Shown here one piece after another: positions 62,134 through 64,000 of a stretch of DNA of 64,000 bases. Made by a program: the position numbers and the translations under genes. How positions within the stretch are numbered: the first letter of the stretch is position 1; each line of letters opens with the position of its first letter. Origin of the DNA: Gonapodya sp. JEL0774 (lineage: Eukaryota). The stretch lies in assembly GCA_027604505.1 (NCBI GenBank), contig JADIIX010000060.1:1-64000 (forward strand). Reading direction: 5' to 3'. The notes under the pieces were generated by a model. The model saw only the letters and a list, made by a program, of their open reading frames with translations. It was not told the DNA's origin and did no database searches.

Positions 62134-62583
62134 ATGGACCAGAATCCCGACCCCCGTCTCCCTCGTATGTCCATCAATTTGTGCATGCCTCTTGCTCCCC
62201 CACGCTCGCCGTGCTCACTCGATTGCGCGTCACAACCACATTCCCCACGAACGATCTCGACCCAACACGCACAGGATTCTTCCCCCTCCGCCTAACTGCC
62301 TGCACCGCGGAATCCGACGCATATTTGGGATGCTTCACGGCGAGTGCGAAGCCGAACGGGGTGAGTTTTCGGATGTTCGGGGTAAAAGCCCGTGAGACTC
62401 AGACTTTTCTGACTCTCTCATCGTTTTCCTCCTGTTTATGTTGGTTTCATTTTCTCATTCCCGGTTTTGATACAGGACAAAGACGTGGCCAGGAAAGCAT
62501 ACTACGAGTGCGAACGCTTCATGGGCGCTTACACACGTTGTATGGAGAGGGAACTAACCAAGAGGGAAAGATCAAAGGTGTAG
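62134..62583 (+). CDS. Small (74 aa) twin CX9C protein, 3 exons
   Basis: Spliced with GT-AG introns: MDQNPDPRLPRFFPLRLTACTAESDAYLGCFTASAKPNGDKDVARKAYYECERFMGAYTRCMERELTKRERSKV*. Confidence 0.7.
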
Positions 62584-63470
62584 TTTGGTACGGGCTTTGC
62601 CCTCGGAGTAATAGGGAGGGGAGGAGGCACTTTAGAGGAAGGGCGACCATGACGAACCCACGCACGTAGGACAACACCACACAGAACCCATGTGAGCTGT
62701 ACAATAGCATTTTTGAAAAATAGAGTTGCATGTGATAGCTTCGCTTTCATCCTACTTCTACTACTACTACTAGTACTAATTGTAGCACATTTTGGGAACA
62801 GAAAAATGCTTGAGAGACAGGCCCATCCTGTACCGGTCTGAGTTACAATGATCAAACGTTAAACAGCGAGAGTTGTCGCAATTTGGGCGCCCTTGTCCTT
62901 GTCCTGAAGACCCAGATGTTCAGTGGACTAGAGCACGGATGGGTTCTTCATTCATGAATTCTAGCTGGCAGATTCGCAGTGGTGGAGGCATTGTGATTGT
63001 GGGAAGATTCGGAAAGGACATGACCCCCCGATGAGCACGAGTGGTTACGGGAAGAACAGGGAACACAGTGGCCAGCGGGGAGATATACAAGATTTGAAAG
63101 GGGTGCATCACATTGTGCATGATGGGCATCAGGCACCACACACACACCCCTCCCCACACCCCTTCCCGAAAACATCCAAATGCACGTTGGGGTTGGGGAA
63201 TGTGGGGAACGTGGAAGAATATAACGGGGTATATTATTTCAGGACCACTCGAGTCACACCACCATGACCACCGTCCGTCCACCACTGACCACCACCCACT
63301 CTCGTCCGTCCCACCCGTCCCACCCGTCCCACACGGGTCAGGATGGCCATCCCGTCCACCGCCAGACCACCACCACCCACGAAAACAAGCCAACTCGAGA
63401 CCCTTGCCCCCACCCCCTCCCTCCCTGAAAATACCACAACACAGGCAGTGCTTTTCTTTTTTTTTTGTCA

Positions 63471-64000
63471 CTACCCCAAATAATTCACCACAAAGAACGA
63501 GAACACGAGTTGGGAGAAGATGTATTCGGCGAGGGCGCTGTGGTGGGTGGTGGTAAGGGGGTATTTTGACGGTGGGGGGGGGGGGGGGGGAGGCAGGGGA
63601 AAACGGTGAATGGCGAGTGGGGGAGCAATGGTGTGGTGAGTGCGATGCGGGATGCGGGATGCGGGCGGCATATGTGGAGCGCCGGTTGCCGTCCGCCGGT
63701 CGGTCGACCCGTTTGCCCGCCCGTCCGTTAGACACGCGGACACTGGGACACACCCGATCGCAGGGCTCCTCCACACCCACACCCACCACCCTGCGCCCAC
63801 CCACTCTCCATACCAGCCACCATCCACCCACTCACACACTCTCCACACCAGCCAACAGCCACTTGCAACCCCCGCGCGGGGCACCGTCCCACCACCCCCT
63901 GCGCTCCCGGCAAGCCCAAAGCACAAGCCAACTCACCGTTCCTGGGGCATGTCCTTGTACTCTGGGTTGTTTCCTGAGATTTGGACGCGGAGGGAGACTG
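63471..64000 (-). CDS. OST2: Oligosaccharyltransferase subunit Ost2/DAD1, last two exons (5' part outside window)
   Basis: VSLRVQISGNNPEYKDMPQER|ALAEYIFSQLVFSFFVVNYLG* matches the DAD1 C-terminus LR.Q...PERA.A....N..G*. Confidence 0.85.

Noticed and set aside
62920..63831. 303-aa minus-strand ORF
   Set aside because: Low-complexity read-through of the OST2 intron and 3' region; no protein-like features.
10545..64000. Selenocysteine or stop-codon recoding in host genes
   Set aside because: Apparent in-frame stops in the exons I traced were explained by introns; no conserved in-frame TGA found. One HAUS4 junction (about 43444-43533) remains unresolved.

Overview
Eukaryotic, intron-rich, very gene-dense DNA. 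It most likely comes from an early-diverging zoosporic fungus; this is inferred from the co-occurrence of fungal-type housekeeping genes with Retinoblastoma, MORN5, HAUS4 and a Mortierella-type delta-5 desaturase. Bases 1 to about 10.5 kb are a nested, decayed transposon cluster: Ty1/copia pieces with copia-type half-tRNA primer sites, plus a DUF6729-like DDE element carrying a DEDDy 3'-5' exonuclease inside its catalytic region. From 10.5 kb to the end there are about 20 tightly packed spliced genes: TRM6, NOT1, a G-patch/KOW protein, TAF6, SPT16, UBP3, SmE, Rb, COX4/5, NAA10, HAUS4, WS/DGAT, delta-5 desaturase, AP-3 sigma, QNS1, MORN5, a CNBP/GIS2-like protein, an APC permease, a small twin-CX9C protein and partial OST2/DAD1. 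A Helitron-like relic lies upstream of HAUS4. The most notable observations are the exonuclease-in-transposase architecture, a shared GGGTCAGA...GGGGAAAAGG motif about 50 nt upstream of two unrelated start codons, a fungal Rb gene, a 7-nt microexon and several GC-AG introns. All calls come from manual translation and motif recognition; no database searches were run and exon boundaries are approximate.
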